Below, in pieces: positions 13,601-27,762 of a DNA stretch of 64,000 nucleotides (positions are counted from its first letter, which is position 1; each line of letters begins with the position of its first letter). The stretch is taken from contig NC_088855.1 of assembly GCF_963853765.1 (NCBI RefSeq), forward strand, positions 46,004,001 to 46,068,000, given 5' to 3'. The notes below the pieces were generated by a model. The model searched no databases and was not told the origin of the DNA. It saw nothing but the letters and a program-made list of their open reading frames with translations. The position numbers and the translations under genes are program-made. This DNA comes from Magallana gigas. Its lineage: Eukaryota.

Positions 13601-16600
13601 ACCCAAGTTATACTCGTATAACCTGGGTTGGAGCAATTTACGCTTTTTTTATAATCCGCTATGCGGATTATAAAGCGTAAATTGCCCCAACCCAGGTTAT
13701 ACTCGTATAACTTGGGTAGACATTGAGTTCATTTCTTAAATGATATGTTTTTATTTAACTTATAGGATTGGTCGTAATGCAGAACAATTTGTTGGAAAAC
13801 AAACAGTTCAGTTCATATTTCCAGCATCTGAAAATTGATGAAGGAGACTGGACAGAAACACTGCCATGGGGCAAAACATTTCGGGAGGATGTACACCAAT
13901 GTAACCTAAGGTTTTCAAATCGATACACCAAGGATTGTGCAACTGATTTAAACCTTAGTGGGCTACAAAAGAAACAGTCTCCTTTTGTAGCGTCAACAAT
14001 TCATGGGGTTTATGCCCTGTCTAAAGCTTTCCAAAATGTTCTGGACAAGCATTGCAACTTATCATCTCTTAAGAAGTGTGTCAATGGGAATATGTCAGAA
14101 ATCTACCATCAACTTGAACTTGAATTGGATCGTGTTACGGTTACTCCTGATGGAGGAACGCTATTCGGTTTTGAAAATAGAAATGCAACAATTCCTATGG
14201 TTATCCTTAACTTCCGGTATGGTCCCAAAGGCACTCCTCGATTAGTCGAAGTAAGTATATATTTAAGATTAGGTATATCTTATTAACGGTGTATCAAAAG
14301 GTGTTGGAATTTATTGAATGTTGTATGAAAACACTAGTTATCCCCATGATTCTTTTCGTTTTAGGTTGGAAGTATACAAAAGGAAGAGATAACTCTAGAT
14401 TTACGAAAACTAAGCATGTACAACTTGAATGGTGAACGGCGAATTTTTAAATCAGAATGTCCGGAAGATCAATGTTCAGTATGTCTGGATCCAAAATTTG
14501 TATCTGATTACAACGAAAAGGTGCAATATCTTTCCACCATTCCTCATGTTACTCTGAACAGTATTGAAAGCGGAGTTGGACTTACTACTATCTTTCTTGT
14601 TATCATTGGTGTCGGAGTAGCTATTGTTTGTACTTACTACCTGGCCAAATTTTCCTCTCACAAAATATTTAGTCTTTCTGCCGACGGACATGCTTGCATA
14701 ATTATAGGAACAACCGTGCAAATCCTGGGAGCAATGGTGTATTTGTTTGATGGTTCACCTTTAGCATGTGGAATTCATATCGCACTACCAGGTAAATGGG
14801 TAGAAAGATAACTTGTCAAATATAAATTTTATAATAAACCTTTATTATATGATGATGATACTAATTATCATTTTAGGAAGTGTCTATAGCATTACCCTGA
14901 CTGGCTTATTGATAAAACTCAACAAAACAGCTTGCCTTCACGCAATCGTAAAAACAAATATTACTAAGCTACCAAAATGGGATTTCGCCTTCACGTATTT
15001 ACCTATTGTAACATCGGCGCCAATCATCATATACGTCGTCTGGACTTTGGAGGACCCTTTGACTATGACGTGGTCGGTGCCATCTCTGTTTCAGATTTCA
15101 AAGATTGACGATTTATATATCCAATGGTATTGCGAATTCAACAGGTATGATACATACAATTTTGGAAAACTAATGACAATGGCTGTATCGTTCGATGATT
15201 TACAGAGGATGAACAGTATTAAACAATAAAATCAAAGCAGAGTATATATATTTCAACTCAAATCAACAAATATTTCAGTTTTCGATTTTAAATGCAAAAT
15301 GTTTTTATGTTTAAACGTCTTTAATTTTTAGGACGGAATATATCATTTTTATGTGCTTCTTTTGGATAATTCTATTCCTGTGTATGACTTTATCAGTCAT
15401 CTACAAATGCAGAAAAACAGGAAGAAAAGAGGTCAAGCAAGTTTTGTTTTCCGCAATCTGCTATTCTCTATTCACTACTGTCACAACTGTGCTCCGTTTG
15501 CTGACTGATGATCACGTGATGTTCAGAGTATTTATGGCAATTACTCTGCCTTTAAATGGAATAATTATCTTGATTATAAATTTTCTTCCACAAATTGTTG
15601 ATCTCATGAGGGAAAAGAACAGGGAACTTCTTTTTACCAGACTTATGTCCGATCACAAAACAAGCCAGGTTGCAAGCCTTTGGAAAGACTTCATTCACAG
15701 TGAAAACAATAGAACAAAAAGAAAAGGTTAGTAGAAATAGAAAGGAATTCTCAATTATATCGTAAACTCCTTAATGTAATTTTGTTTTAGTTCAATTTTT
15801 AATCACATTTTCAGCACGTTTTAGAAATTCTCTGAGCAGTCTGAAACAATTTTTTTAAATAAAAAGATGTTCGTAAAAATCCAAGTGCCCTGTTAGAACG
15901 GGTTTAGCGACCTCATTATCACCCTTGGTTGGTCCCAATAGAAAATACTCAGAACATCATATACATTGCAGGGAAACAAACAATATCGTCAAAATATCAT
16001 GCTAACACATCTATAGTTTATTATGTAAAGCTGTACTTTTTAGTATACTTAGTCTGCATGTAACTTAATTTTTTATGATAAGTAAGATTTGAAAAAAATC
16101 ATAATTTTTGTCAGAAGAAAGATTTCTCTTCCAAAGAATATATAACAGTTTTATTTTTGTACAGGACGACAATAATTCAATTCTGCTTCAATTAAGGCTT
16201 CTTAACGGTTTTCCCACAAAAATAAGGCTAACAGATATAAAAAAAAAAACCATGATATTTTTGTCATTTTAGTAAAAAATAACAAAAAAAAATCAGCATG
16301 AAAATTGCAGCTCATTTTGCTTTAAAATTAAACTACCTTACATGTAGTGTTATTTCAACTTAACAATTAATAAATACGACTCAACACAAATGTCAGAACC
16401 TTTACCCTTTCTGTGCAAAGGGATATAGAACATGGTATTTAGAAATGATGATAGTAGCAGCAGAAGAAGAAACAATATATCAAATTACACATAAACATGC
16501 AAATCATACTGACACCAGGTCAAAATATTCTAAGAGATATATTGCATTCCTTTAACTCCGGTGTCTGTTCTTTTTTGAACAATATTCAACAACTGAGTAT

Positions 16601-17614
16601 ACTAAAAAAGTAAAATAGTGCAAACCGATGATTTCGAAATCAACTGTACAAGCCATAGTGCATATTTACATCAAGGATTATGACCTTATCAAATATCGAC
16701 GGCTTTTAATGTTTTCGTTATATTTGATTGCCATTATAGGTGATTTCATGTAATGCTACTTTAATGTTGTTTTGAATGATACGAGCTAGTGCTGGTTATA
16801 AGAATGAAAAAGCATTATTTAGCGCTGTTATTTGGTAGCTTTGGTTGTAAGGTGCTACCCAGGGATTTGAGGATGCTATGGATCGTACAGGCCTCGTCAG
16901 GCAGTAATAAGTAGAGATGAACTTAACTGACTACTGAGTACTAGTATTTAAACACGATTACATGTATATTGTATAATCAGTAAGACTTGGTACATCTGGG
17001 TTTTTTTTTAGAGTACATGTTTGGCAACATAAATTCATAACAGTATAGAAATATATATTTTCTTACAGATTCAAAACAAAAGAAGAATGAGAAAGGTATA
17101 CTTTTTTCTTTATTGTATGAATTGAAATATTTAAATATTTATCGTATGACCCGCCATTATATGACGGAGTTTTACCCTTTTCCGCCCGCCTTTTGTCATT
17201 TTGTCAAAAATGTTATCGGCAGTCTTCCTATTATGCTTATAGATAAATAATTTCATGGAACTTTTTATATGTTAAGTACTGACATCAATTTCGTGTTTCA
17301 CATTGTTGATAAACTTTCGATATGGTTACTTTAAAATTCCTTACCTATTTGTCTTTGACTAAGTTCGTAGACATCAAGGTGTATCCATTTGATTAAAAAA
17401 AAATTGGTATTTATATTTTCCCCTGAAGAGTTTTTATGTACATAAGTTATCAATTTATTTAGACCACAAAATAAATCTAAAATAAAATACGTGTAATAGA
17501 TTTAATAATTTTCTCTCTTTTTGTTTAGTTTCTTTGTCCGTAGTTGGACTCTCATCAAAATGGCGTAAAAAGACACAGAACACATCCACACCTATCTCGG
17601 CATCGGAGGCATAA
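10661..17614 (+). pseudogene. Class C GPCR (metabotropic glutamate / amino-acid receptor-like) with two tandem Venus-flytrap domains and a 7TM domain; disrupted in this sequence
   Basis: Hand-built GT-AG exons: 10661-12101, 12217-12717, 12824-13271, 13766-14250, 14365-14791, 14877-15144, 15332-15726, and tentatively 17069-17095 and 17529-17614 (AATAAA at 17632). VFT motifs: KLGYDIIDTCS, ISATSSTFSDKNSYPYFMRMVP, FWIGCDTW, IIDAVISLAHGI. Second VFT: IGLGLFAACG, PIIGVVGA, VFRTV, LGWKY, GVYALSKAF. 7TM: TGLLIKLNK, KEVKQV. Lesions: -1 shift at about 11493, -1 shift in the T run at 12053-12058, in-frame TAA at 12920-12922. No signal-peptide exon found. Confidence 0.78.
13361..13739 (+). mobile_element. 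About 380-bp non-autonomous element ending in a long hairpin (same family as 54227-54601), inside a GPCR intron
   Basis: Starts aataatttaattctggttgtaac and ends cttaa. Palindrome at 13581-13737 with about 70-bp arms. Shared internal sequence aaaacgta..aatccgc..gacgtt.cgttt.aatttt. Confidence 0.7.
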
Positions 17615-18056
17615 CAACTGTGAATGCATTGAATAAACAACAGTTTTAATAATGTGACATGACTTTGTGTATTTAATATTTATTACTCATGTCCCAGCAA
17701 TTGTTTATATTTAATTTAAGTACATCTCATCGTATTTGTCTAGTGGTGACGCAAAAACAATAATATAACTAGTGACTAACATGCACTTCATTTTTTAATA
17801 AACATACATGTATTGTTTTAAAATATAACAACAGCATCAAAGTTAAAATCGTTAAAATAATGTGAAAATGATAAAGATATTTTCATTTCCTGCTCTTTCA
17901 AGGTCATACATGCCCAACGAACGGAAAATATTGTAGCAAGGTTTTACTTTAGACATTTGAAAGCTGTTTGATCTTTGTTTGTAATAATCAAACAACTTGT
18001 GTTTGGTTTTATGAGAATGTCATGCAAATGTGATGACCAAAATAAGAACGATTATA

Positions 18057-18222
18057 TTTGAACAATAAAATGCTTCTTTTGGTGATTCATTTGGGATATG
18101 AAGGTAGCGACATTGCAGAAAAAATACATGACCCGCGTTCACGGGTTATGTTATTTTTTCTACAATGATCGCTTCCTTCGTAACCCGCATGAATCATCAA
18201 AGAAGGCATTCTATTGTTTAAA
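18057..18222. repeat. Degenerate long palindrome, probably the hairpin end of a non-autonomous element
   Basis: aacaataaaatgcttctttt..gattcat..gaagg.agcga.cattg.agaaaaaata is mirrored by tattttttct.caatgatcgcttccttc..atgaatca.caaagaaggcattctattgtt. Confidence 0.5.
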
Positions 18223-20154
18223 TGAACATCTCTCTTTTAAGTAATTATTAAATTGATTATGAAAAGTTATTAAAATTCACTAAATTACTGTTAATGTACA
18301 TAAGTGCGTTAGCTAAAAAATAGCTAAATCGTCTCTTGTGAGACTTTGAGTCTGACATCAAAAATGATTATTTCGTGCAGTCCGTGATTTTTCTTGGGTC
18401 ACTGTAGGTTTCGACCAATGGATAAACAGGGCGTGTCAATTTTACTCTTGTCAGTATCTTGTCAGTTTCAGCTGCTGTAGGCCAATCGAAAAATGGAGCG
18501 TGTAGACTTCAGTGTGACTGTTTCTATAGAACTTATGAATTAAATATACGTTTCCGTAAGAAATAGAGGAAATAATATTTGGTAGATGTAAATATTGATC
18601 AATAAGTTCAAGAAAAAAATTCTTTAGTAACATGTTTTTGTTAAGTTCTTGTTACGGATCCTCGACAACCCGTGACTTCTACTTTTTAAGACAATACGTC
18701 ACAACATGGCGATTTGAACGCATTATGAAACAGTTTATATCGGCAAGATTTGTTGTCTTTCTCTGTGACGCAATGGGTGTAGCTTCAATCTGCCGATCTG
18801 CAGATCCCGGGTTAGAATATCACCGGGACTTTTAATAGTAGTATAATTTAAAGAATTTATTTTTTTCCTTAAAAATTATTTTTCTCTGTCATTTTCAAGT
18901 TGAACACATGTTAGAAATCTATATCTCTAATAAACTACAAAATTCAGGTTTGTATGCAGAGCTTTTCCCAGGTGTGTGGAGGACCCTTAAGGGATATGGA
19001 TGAATAGTTGTATTGAATAGTTAAAGTTGAAAAAAAAAATTCACGTATATATCTAAATCTCGTCAAAATTGATTGCTTATAAGATTTAAATCAAATAGAA
19101 CATTAAAATTCCAATAATTCGTCTATGTGTTTTTCTGATATTATCAAAAGGGATTAAAAAAAAATACTATGTTATTTGTGTAGTTTGTTATTTGTTGGTT
19201 TCCTAAGTTAACCAGATATTTTGGGGGCATATAGAAAAATGAATGTGTGCGTAGCATGCTAAACAGGTACATTAAAAATGTTTAAAAAAAGAGATATATT
19301 TAGATCGCTGAAGACTTTTAAACCATCAAACTGTACTGGTGCTGTTTTTTTATTCCTACACAATACCATTTTTTGACTAGTTTTGGGTTCCAAGATAACA
19401 GCCTCAGTCATCCTAAACGTCTAACAGACGTCTAGTACATGCTTTCCATATACCCTTTTTAGTTACACCCAATAATCAAAGAATTATATAAGAATTTTAA
19501 TTCATTTGAACATCAAGCGTTATTTTGTACTTTTATTGAAATAGTATAAATCAGACTAATAAACCCTTTATAAATATTACATGAATGATAGAAAGAATGA
19601 TATGAAAAACGGTCCCCAGTAAATTGACCAAAAAAAAAATTAAAAAAAATTCAGAACTCAAGTTTCATTTTGCATTTAATATTCTCTTTTTTTTTCAACT
19701 TCATTATAAACATCAAAATCATCGTTCTAGATATTTTCTATAATTCAACGTTTAAAAAGGGACATATGACACATATTTAATAATAACATCCTTTGTAGAA
19801 TTAATGTACACAAATGTAAGCTTATAATGTATATTTAGAAATCTTCAATCTAAATTCCCGATATTTGCAGAGCAGTTAGGATAAGAAAAGAACAAACTTT
19901 TTTTTATAGCAGCGCAGTTTAAAACCTTCATGACATTGAATTTCTATTTGAAATTGACCAAACTCTATAACAATTACAGTAAAATTAAGACAAAAATAAT
20001 TAACTAAAGTATATTTTTTTGCCGTAAACTTTATTATTTAGCCAAAAAATAAATTGTAATGGTAAAATAGATATTTGAACAATCCAAAATGGCCAAGACT
20101 ATTCAGCCCTCTTAATCAAGAAAAAGTTGAAGGTAAACAATAGAAACTTATTAA

Positions 20155-20546
20155 CAGGCGGAGCATAGTCTGCATGATTATGTTTTAAAGCACAGATATT
20201 AAACTTTCGCCAGAGCGAGAAATGATTTATTTGGTGAAAGTTGTAGCTTGGTTGCAATCGATAAATATAACTCAACTATACTTCCAAAAAAAAATTCTTC
20301 CCAACAAAATTTTTTTCCCCTCCAAATCATAAAATTCCTAATCCGTGGGGGGGGGGGGGGTTACTTCAATTTGACTACTCATTTCCTAATTTTCATACCA
20401 ATTTTTTACTAACTTCCAAGGGGGGCCAACTCCTTTATAATTCATTTTTTATATGTAAATCTTAAAAATGTTGTTGCTGCGAGAAAAAATGGGGGGGGGG
20501 GGGCCAGGCCCCCCCCTGCCCCCCCCCCCCTGATGCTACGTGCCTG
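20155..20546. mobile_element. MITE of the CAGGCACGTAGCATC family (left end decayed)
   Basis: Ends gatgctacgtgcctg; internal poly-G tracts and ggggg(c)caactc motif shared with 27763-28096. Confidence 0.5.
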
Positions 20547-20691
20547 ATATATGAAGCAACTTTTGTCCAATATACACTAGATACAATGTAAGAAACATCA
20601 TAAAACGATAATATGTGCCTCTTTTCCGAGAGGAAGGATTTGAATAAAACATTTACATTAGACAATAGTTCGTAAAAAAGTTATCTCAAAA

Positions 20692-22637
20692 TCAACAGTC
20701 AGGAGAAACCCTTGACTTCGAAGAAATGATGTTATTTTTCTTCGTACCCCCTTTATTCGTATTTGCATTGTCTTTGCTTCCCCAAACTTTGGAGTAAGCA
20801 TAAAATAAAAGAAAATTGTTGACAAAGATTGGGATGATAATCGCTAGGAGACATACTCCTGTGACAGCACAGACCGCTCCGATGGTTTTTGAAAGAGGTT
20901 GCGTGGGATACATATCGCCGTATCCAACAGTTGTCATAGTAACAATTGCCCACCAGAAAGCGTCTGGGATGCTAGTGAAAGCCGTATCCCCCGAAAAGAA
21001 AACGAATGCTGAGAACATCAGCATGGCCACAACAAGAAACAGCGACATCAAAAGTACTTCCCAGATACTGGCTTTCAACGCGTATAATAATACACGGAAT
21101 CCGATGAAGTTTTTCACCAAACGGAATAGACGGAATACCCGAACAATCTGAAAGCAGTGCACAATATCGAAAACAGTTGCTGTGTATTTTTCTCTTGGGT
21201 TGATAGCTTCTACAATGTATTTAGAATACATGACACAGAGAGAAAATATATCTACTAGATTTAGGAACGATGATATAAACTTTTTTTTGTTTGGGCAAAA
21301 TATAAATCGAAGGATAAATTCCACAGAAAAGAAAGCAGTGGTAATGAAATCGAGATATGACAGGAAATCAAGTGGTGCTTTAGCGTGTGTTGGCAATGGA
21401 ATGAGCGTTGTATTAGTTGATGATCCACTCGAATCAAAGTGTCCTGAATATTGTGGGTATTCTTCTCCAAAGAACTCTTCCCACTCAGATTCACGAAGTG
21501 ATCGCATGAATGTTGGATGGGTTCCACATACTAAGGCTGCAATGGACACGATGACAAAGAACGCACTTATATAGAAATATCCCTGAAAATCAATTATAAC
21601 TTTTGTAATTGATCATCGATAAACAAATATGAAAATTATAGATATAGACAATAGTATACTGTTAAATGTATTTGAAAAATACTTTTAGAACAAAAATTCG
21701 ACCACATGGATTTACATTCAGGTGGATTAAACACTGAAAATTCGATCGCTGTTACAGAAGTACAAATAGTTAAGAAATGTCCCAACAATGTACTATATCA
21801 GGCTATTTCAAATAATGCCCTTCGTTGTGTCATAGGATAATTGCATGACATCATACCATTTTATGTTGAATGATAATTGCTACGCATGTTAATATTGTCT
21901 TCGAGACCATTGTTATCGGACATAAGAGTTAACTTTGATTCATCATGCTGAGAGCTAATATAAAAGTGTTGATGTATATTCTAAAATATACCATGCCCTC
22001 ACGATAGAGCGGAGTATTTAGCTTCTGCCTGTGCAAGTTTTTTAGACATTAGAAAAGAATGGTTTTGAAAAAGTTCAGCGTCTAGCTTTTTAAAATACAT
22101 TTTATAGATAAAGACAACTAGCAGAATCGTATAATAATGATAATGATTTTGTTTTTGAATACCGACCTTTGCAAACATGTTAAATGATGGTTCTTCTAAA
22201 ACAGACCACACTTTAGCCTGAATGGAGAGCCAGCCTGTTGCTTTAACACGGCGCTGTAGCTCTGTGCGTTCGGTGATACGCTCACTTTGGTCATCTGTAA
22301 GGATTGTAAGTGCTTTCTGGTCGTCGAAAAAACCGATGTATTTGCTATAACAACAAGGCTCTATTTCTTGAGGATCGATTCCCCAAAAGTCTAATTCCTT
22401 TTTGAATTCAGCGATGCAAGTCAATGCAGGAACATGAAGACCATTTCCTTGAAAATAACTGAGAACTGCGGTAAATACTCCAAAGTTTCTTTCTAAGAAA
22501 TAGCATGATGAGTTATTTTCTTTCAAGATTTCTAGCTTCAATTTTGCATCACTTTCGGTGGACATCATATTATTAAAGGTATTTACAGATACTTCAAATT
22601 TTGTTCCACTGATATTGATGACAACTGTATTCTCCAT
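20692..22637 (-). CDS. Voltage-gated potassium channel, divergent Shaw/Kv3-like alpha subunit (453 aa, 2 coding exons)
   Basis: Exon 22637-22167 encodes the T1 domain (VVINISGTKF...ELDFWGIDPQEIEPCCY; donor gtcggt). Exon 21582-20692 (acceptor ttttcag) encodes S1-S6, pore AFWWAIVTMTTVGYGDMYP, S6 ...IPIFVNNF. The phase-0 join is in frame. Confidence 0.9.
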
Positions 22638-25600
22638 GATGTCCTTTTTGTTTCGACTTCTAACTGACTAGCACTGAAGTCTGCAAACAAAGAGTTTATT
22701 ATTCATGAATGAAACAATACTTTTTGAATGTTAGGTCATTTTCATCCGTGCCAGTTTGTTGAAAGTTCAGAACAAAAACTTGCCATATACTGACTACATC
22801 TGAAACAAATACGCGTTTTTATAGAATTTTGTTTGTAGCAAAAAAAAATCAATCAATCAGTGTGGTGAAACTTCAAATCATGATATAACTATTCGAATGA
22901 AACAACACAGCATTATTTTTACTGTGAAAATTTCCATCAATATTTTCTTTTAATAGAAAAGTGAATTTTCAAAAGAAGTTTTACCTTTAATGTATTTGCT
23001 CCAAAATTTTGAATTCAACTAATATGTCAACTTAATACTTTCCTAATTAGTTATGCTTTTAGATATATTTTATTATTAATTGAATAGAGAATTGTGGATT
23101 ATTGTCATTTCTTACCTTTAACATAATAGGGTATGAAAAAAATGAGCATATAATATTGATTCTTTGTGAATGCGACGTTAAAAAATCGATATATATCGAG
23201 TTAGTGATAGCGTTCATGAAATATCTCTTTGTCACAGGAAGCTACTTCAGACAACAGAACAAGGAAAATGAATATATGTAGAACACTTCCGAAAGTAACT
23301 AATTTATTCTCTAAACCGATGCATTTCATTTTTAATTTATTTGGTACCTATTCATCTTTATTCGAATGAAAGATTCGACTGTCTTACTGCAATCGATATA
23401 TAACCAGTGTTTGAATCATTTCGTTACCAAATTATTGATAAGCATCTATGAACTACTGGAATGTCTTACAAGATATCGCACTAAACAAATCAAACAACTG
23501 GGGATATGAACTGTAATAAGCATTTAATTGCAGACAAGTAGGTTCATTTGGGGTTCAGAAATTGGTTGGAATCTCATGTTTAGTCTGGATCCATGCTAAA
23601 TAAGCTTAGCTTTCAGGCTGCTGAAGTTTATTTTATTACTAAGATAAACAGGGAGTACAAAAGATACACGTACTGAGTAGTCAGCAGACAGTAACAATAA
23701 CATGCAAAATACATACATATACACTTATAGTAGTTTTTACAAACTACACTGTTTTCACATTGCAATGCATCTTTCAGGAAACCCATTATGTTAATATAAG
23801 TTCATACTTAAAGAATATTGATGATACACAGCTTGAAATGTGACCTCATTTACATCATGTAAACAATAAAATCATCAAGGACAGGTTGTAAATCATTATG
23901 AAGGCACATACGATGTAAATTCAAGACTCGCAAAAAGCCTACGGTGCATTTAACATGCCTTAAAAGGCATGAAAAATACATGTAGCCTTACTGTGTCCAA
24001 CACGATGAAACCAATCAATCCAAACACAATCAAATAAAGACATTTGGCAAAGAACAAAGCAATTGTTCATTATACTAGTAATAAAGAAGATAAAATGGAC
24101 ACGGATTACAAACAAGCAACAACACTTGCAATGTTCTTCAATTCACATCTAAAAAAAACTTCGTTAACTTCGTTTTTATCTGTAAAACTATATTTAACGG
24201 TTGTAAACTATAGTTAACAAATGATAATCTAAGTACATCTGTCTGCAAATAACGTTAACACTAGAATTTGCTGATAAATATAAATTCACATATAAATGTT
24301 CTTTCTCATCTGGCAGATGAAATGTTTTCTTTTTATGAAATAATAAACCATGAGAAATGGGAATTTATGAGAGAAATTCAATTTCCTAAAGGATGTATAA
24401 AAATCGTGTCTACTATTATAAAAAATGTATTTCTATGGGTTTAAGGCAAAGATGTTTTTTTTTATAGAATGTTTCCTACAGGATTTTTAAAATCATACAA
24501 GTTGTTTTTAATCATATCAAAATATATACGTTGTCTGCATCAGTCTACCACGTGACATGGATATAATGGAAACTACATTATAAGTTCTTTGAAGAATTTA
24601 AAACCATTATTATCCGACTCAGTGTTATTAGTTCAACTATTTTATTTAATTTAATGGAAAATCTGATTTATACCGGGAATATCAAAAGTTGGATTATGCA
24701 AATAAGCGTGAGTGAAAAAAACGTCTTTTGAATAACGTCTATTTCATACCATTTAATTTGGGAAAATAAAGATTTTTTATAGAGATATTTGAAGAAAAAA
24801 ATCAATTTCTCTTAGAATATTATCCTTTGATTTGGAATTTAATCAAACGTTATACCATCATCAGTATATTATGCTTCTCCAATCAATTTTAAGATCCTTC
24901 AAAAGTCTTTATCATTTCAAAATAAAAACTATTAGTTTTGCTTTAATGTATATTTTCAAATCCTTTAATGATGTCTTTTTGTATATTTGCAAAAGCATGA
25001 ATTGTTATTTGATCGATTGAAACTAAAGCTCCAACGCCACAGACTTACACTGGCTAACCTCGAGACGTGCAATTACTAGTAACCTTGGTAATCTGCTCGT
25101 GTAAGGAAATGTTTGCTTTTCCTTCTGTGCAACGTGCTAATCGGCAATATGATACTTCACGTACTTGTACTTACTTTTTTGGATGTGTAAACGTATTTAT
25201 AAAAACTTTAAACAGTCATATCATTATTGTAAATTGCATCTCTTTATTCTTGATAGTATTTCTCTTTGTTATATCAATACTACATTTGTATGTATACTTT
25301 AGTAGGTAAAGGAAAGCCACATTAAACGGTTTAAAGAAGTATGCTCACGTTTTACAAAGTAATAATATTACACCGCTGTATATCAATGTTACATAGTATA
25401 TATCGAATAAGAAATCATTCTTTGAGTACAATGAGGGAATAATTTTGGTCGGGCGTTGTCAAATATAATAAAGGACTTTATAATAGATTTGATCATGCCC
25501 CGACTGAAATTATTACCTCAAAATATTTAAAGGATAAATCCTTAATACTTATATTCATGTGATTTTCAGCAATTGTACGATTAAATATTTAAGAATATTG

Positions 25601-27762
25601 GCATATGTACATGTTTGTGATTTTCATTTCTTTTAATTATGCAAACCCCGATTGCGCCCCAACAATACTTCGTCTTAATATTACAAAACCTACTCGTACT
25701 GTTGTCACAGACAAAGACACTGAAAATATAAATATTCAGACTTAAAAGAATTCTCATAGAACACATGGAGACGTAGGAATATAACGCTGGGACAGCGCAC
25801 ATGCGAATGAGGTGTGGATTCGTGGGTGGCTGGGTAGGTGTAGAGGTCATAACATGAAACGAAAACATTTTTTAACAAATAACCAAATATTAATTTGACA
25901 TATAGACTTAGTCTGTAAAAGGTGCACTTTTTTCCCTAAAATAGTTTGCAGTGGTTTATTTATACACTTTAAAAGTATTTAGATGGTTCTTTTGGAGAGG
26001 CCTACCTGAATTATGTATGCAAACACCTGAAACGTTGCAAATGCTGTCACATGTTAGTCTGAAAAATTGTGTGCTCCGAACTTAAAAGCGATAAAAAAGG
26101 GGAAAATATCCCCCATACGCACAAAAAATATCCAATTTGAGAATCCACATGATCGAATGGAGGGGACACTCTCTTCCAAAATCTCCGCCTATAATTAATG
26201 TCTAATTGCAGATGGAAACATCATTTGGATAGACAATATAGAAAAGGCGTGATTTCTGCAATACTTTAAATACCTAGTAACTCCTTTTTTAAAAATTCAG
26301 ATTATTTTACTCGATCAACCTGTGAGTTCACAGTTTAAAGTCTAGTAAACATTACCATATAAGAATTTGTGATTCCAAGCTGAGTCTTCACAATGAAAAA
26401 AGAAAGAGTTTCGTCTTCTTTTACACCAGTGTTGCAAGCATTATGTACATTATCAAAAACATTACGTAATTTTAACTAAAGGATGTAACCTACATCAGAT
26501 ATGACATGGTGTCGTAATATACGTAAATTAAGTTCCTTGTAATCAAACTCAGTGTCAATAGTAAAATTGTACATCAACTTTATTTTATGTGAAGAAATAG
26601 TGTACATATGCCACTATACAATGATAGAACTCGATTAATTTCTCAAGTGAATCAAAACAGAACTTTTTACTAAATTAGTTTTCAGCATAGTTCGTTCATA
26701 TGATCAATGTATAGGGAATACTTTTAATTAACAGCGTTTTTATTTCACTCATTCTTCTTTCGAAATGGGTTAACGTTTGTTGTTTTGTGAAACATCATAC
26801 TGAGATGCTTTTCGATAAGTTTTAGTACAGTCGACGATTTTAAAAGTTTGAAATTGAAATATTGATGCTTGTAAATAATGCATTGAGCTTCTATTTGTGT
26901 AGACTAAACCCACACATTTCCATTGCAGGTTGAAGATAACAATCACGAAAGATCAATCAAAAAATTGATAAAACACTGCAAGTTTAACAACTTGATGAAA
27001 TAATGTATTGTACAAAACTCTGGTGCCACAACTTCAGAAAACAAAGAAGGACAAATGAATAATACAATAGTGCATGAGATCTAACATACACAATAGCAAA
27101 CAATTTTTCCAACTGACATTCTTTTTTGTTCTATAAAAGAATTATTTTGTGTCCCTATCAGTTATTACACTGTTTCCTGGTGTTGAATTCATTAGGTAAA
27201 GTTTGAATTTATCAATAAACCAGTCTCTGAAAAAATCTAAATTCTCATATATCGACGCAAGGTCGCAATAGTCCTCTCCATGTACGGATTTAGGAGAACA
27301 TTCAAAATTATTAAATTTACATAGTAAAATTACAATAAATAGGCATCGGACCCCCACAATTCCGTCTGTACAAAGGATATTATCCCCCTCCCCCGCCCAT
27401 GAAAACATTTGTGGATCCACACTTACAATCTCTGAGATATGCACAGGTAAATCGGTAAACAACAACCGGTATGAAATATAGATATCCTTGAATCATTCAA
27501 TGGATTATTATAAAAGTAAGTGAAACCGAAGGTTACTATGATTACTGCAACTATTTGAATTTTTTTAAAAAGGCACGCCCATGCAAGTCTTTGGGGTCCG
27601 TGCTATCAGTGTCCATAAATTTTGGTTTTCATCGATCAAAAAATAATATCCATATAAAGTTAAAAGTCCCCACCCCCGGAAAAAATTATTGAATGATGAA
27701 AAAATTATTAATTATACACCATTTAAATCAAGTTTACATTTAAAAAGCCAATTAATCAATTA

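Noticed and set aside
13605-13622. gttatactcgtataac resembles a loxP half-site (TATACGAAGTTAT)
   Set aside because: Short, AT-rich, self-complementary word lacking the 13-8-13 layout; chance similarity is likely.
20816-21574. Plus-strand ORFs of 111 and 130 aa
   Set aside because: Antisense shadows of the Kv channel exon with no recognisable motifs.
27142-27465. 107-aa minus-strand ORF
   Set aside because: No recognisable domain or convincing splice partners; it partly overlaps repeat-like sequence.
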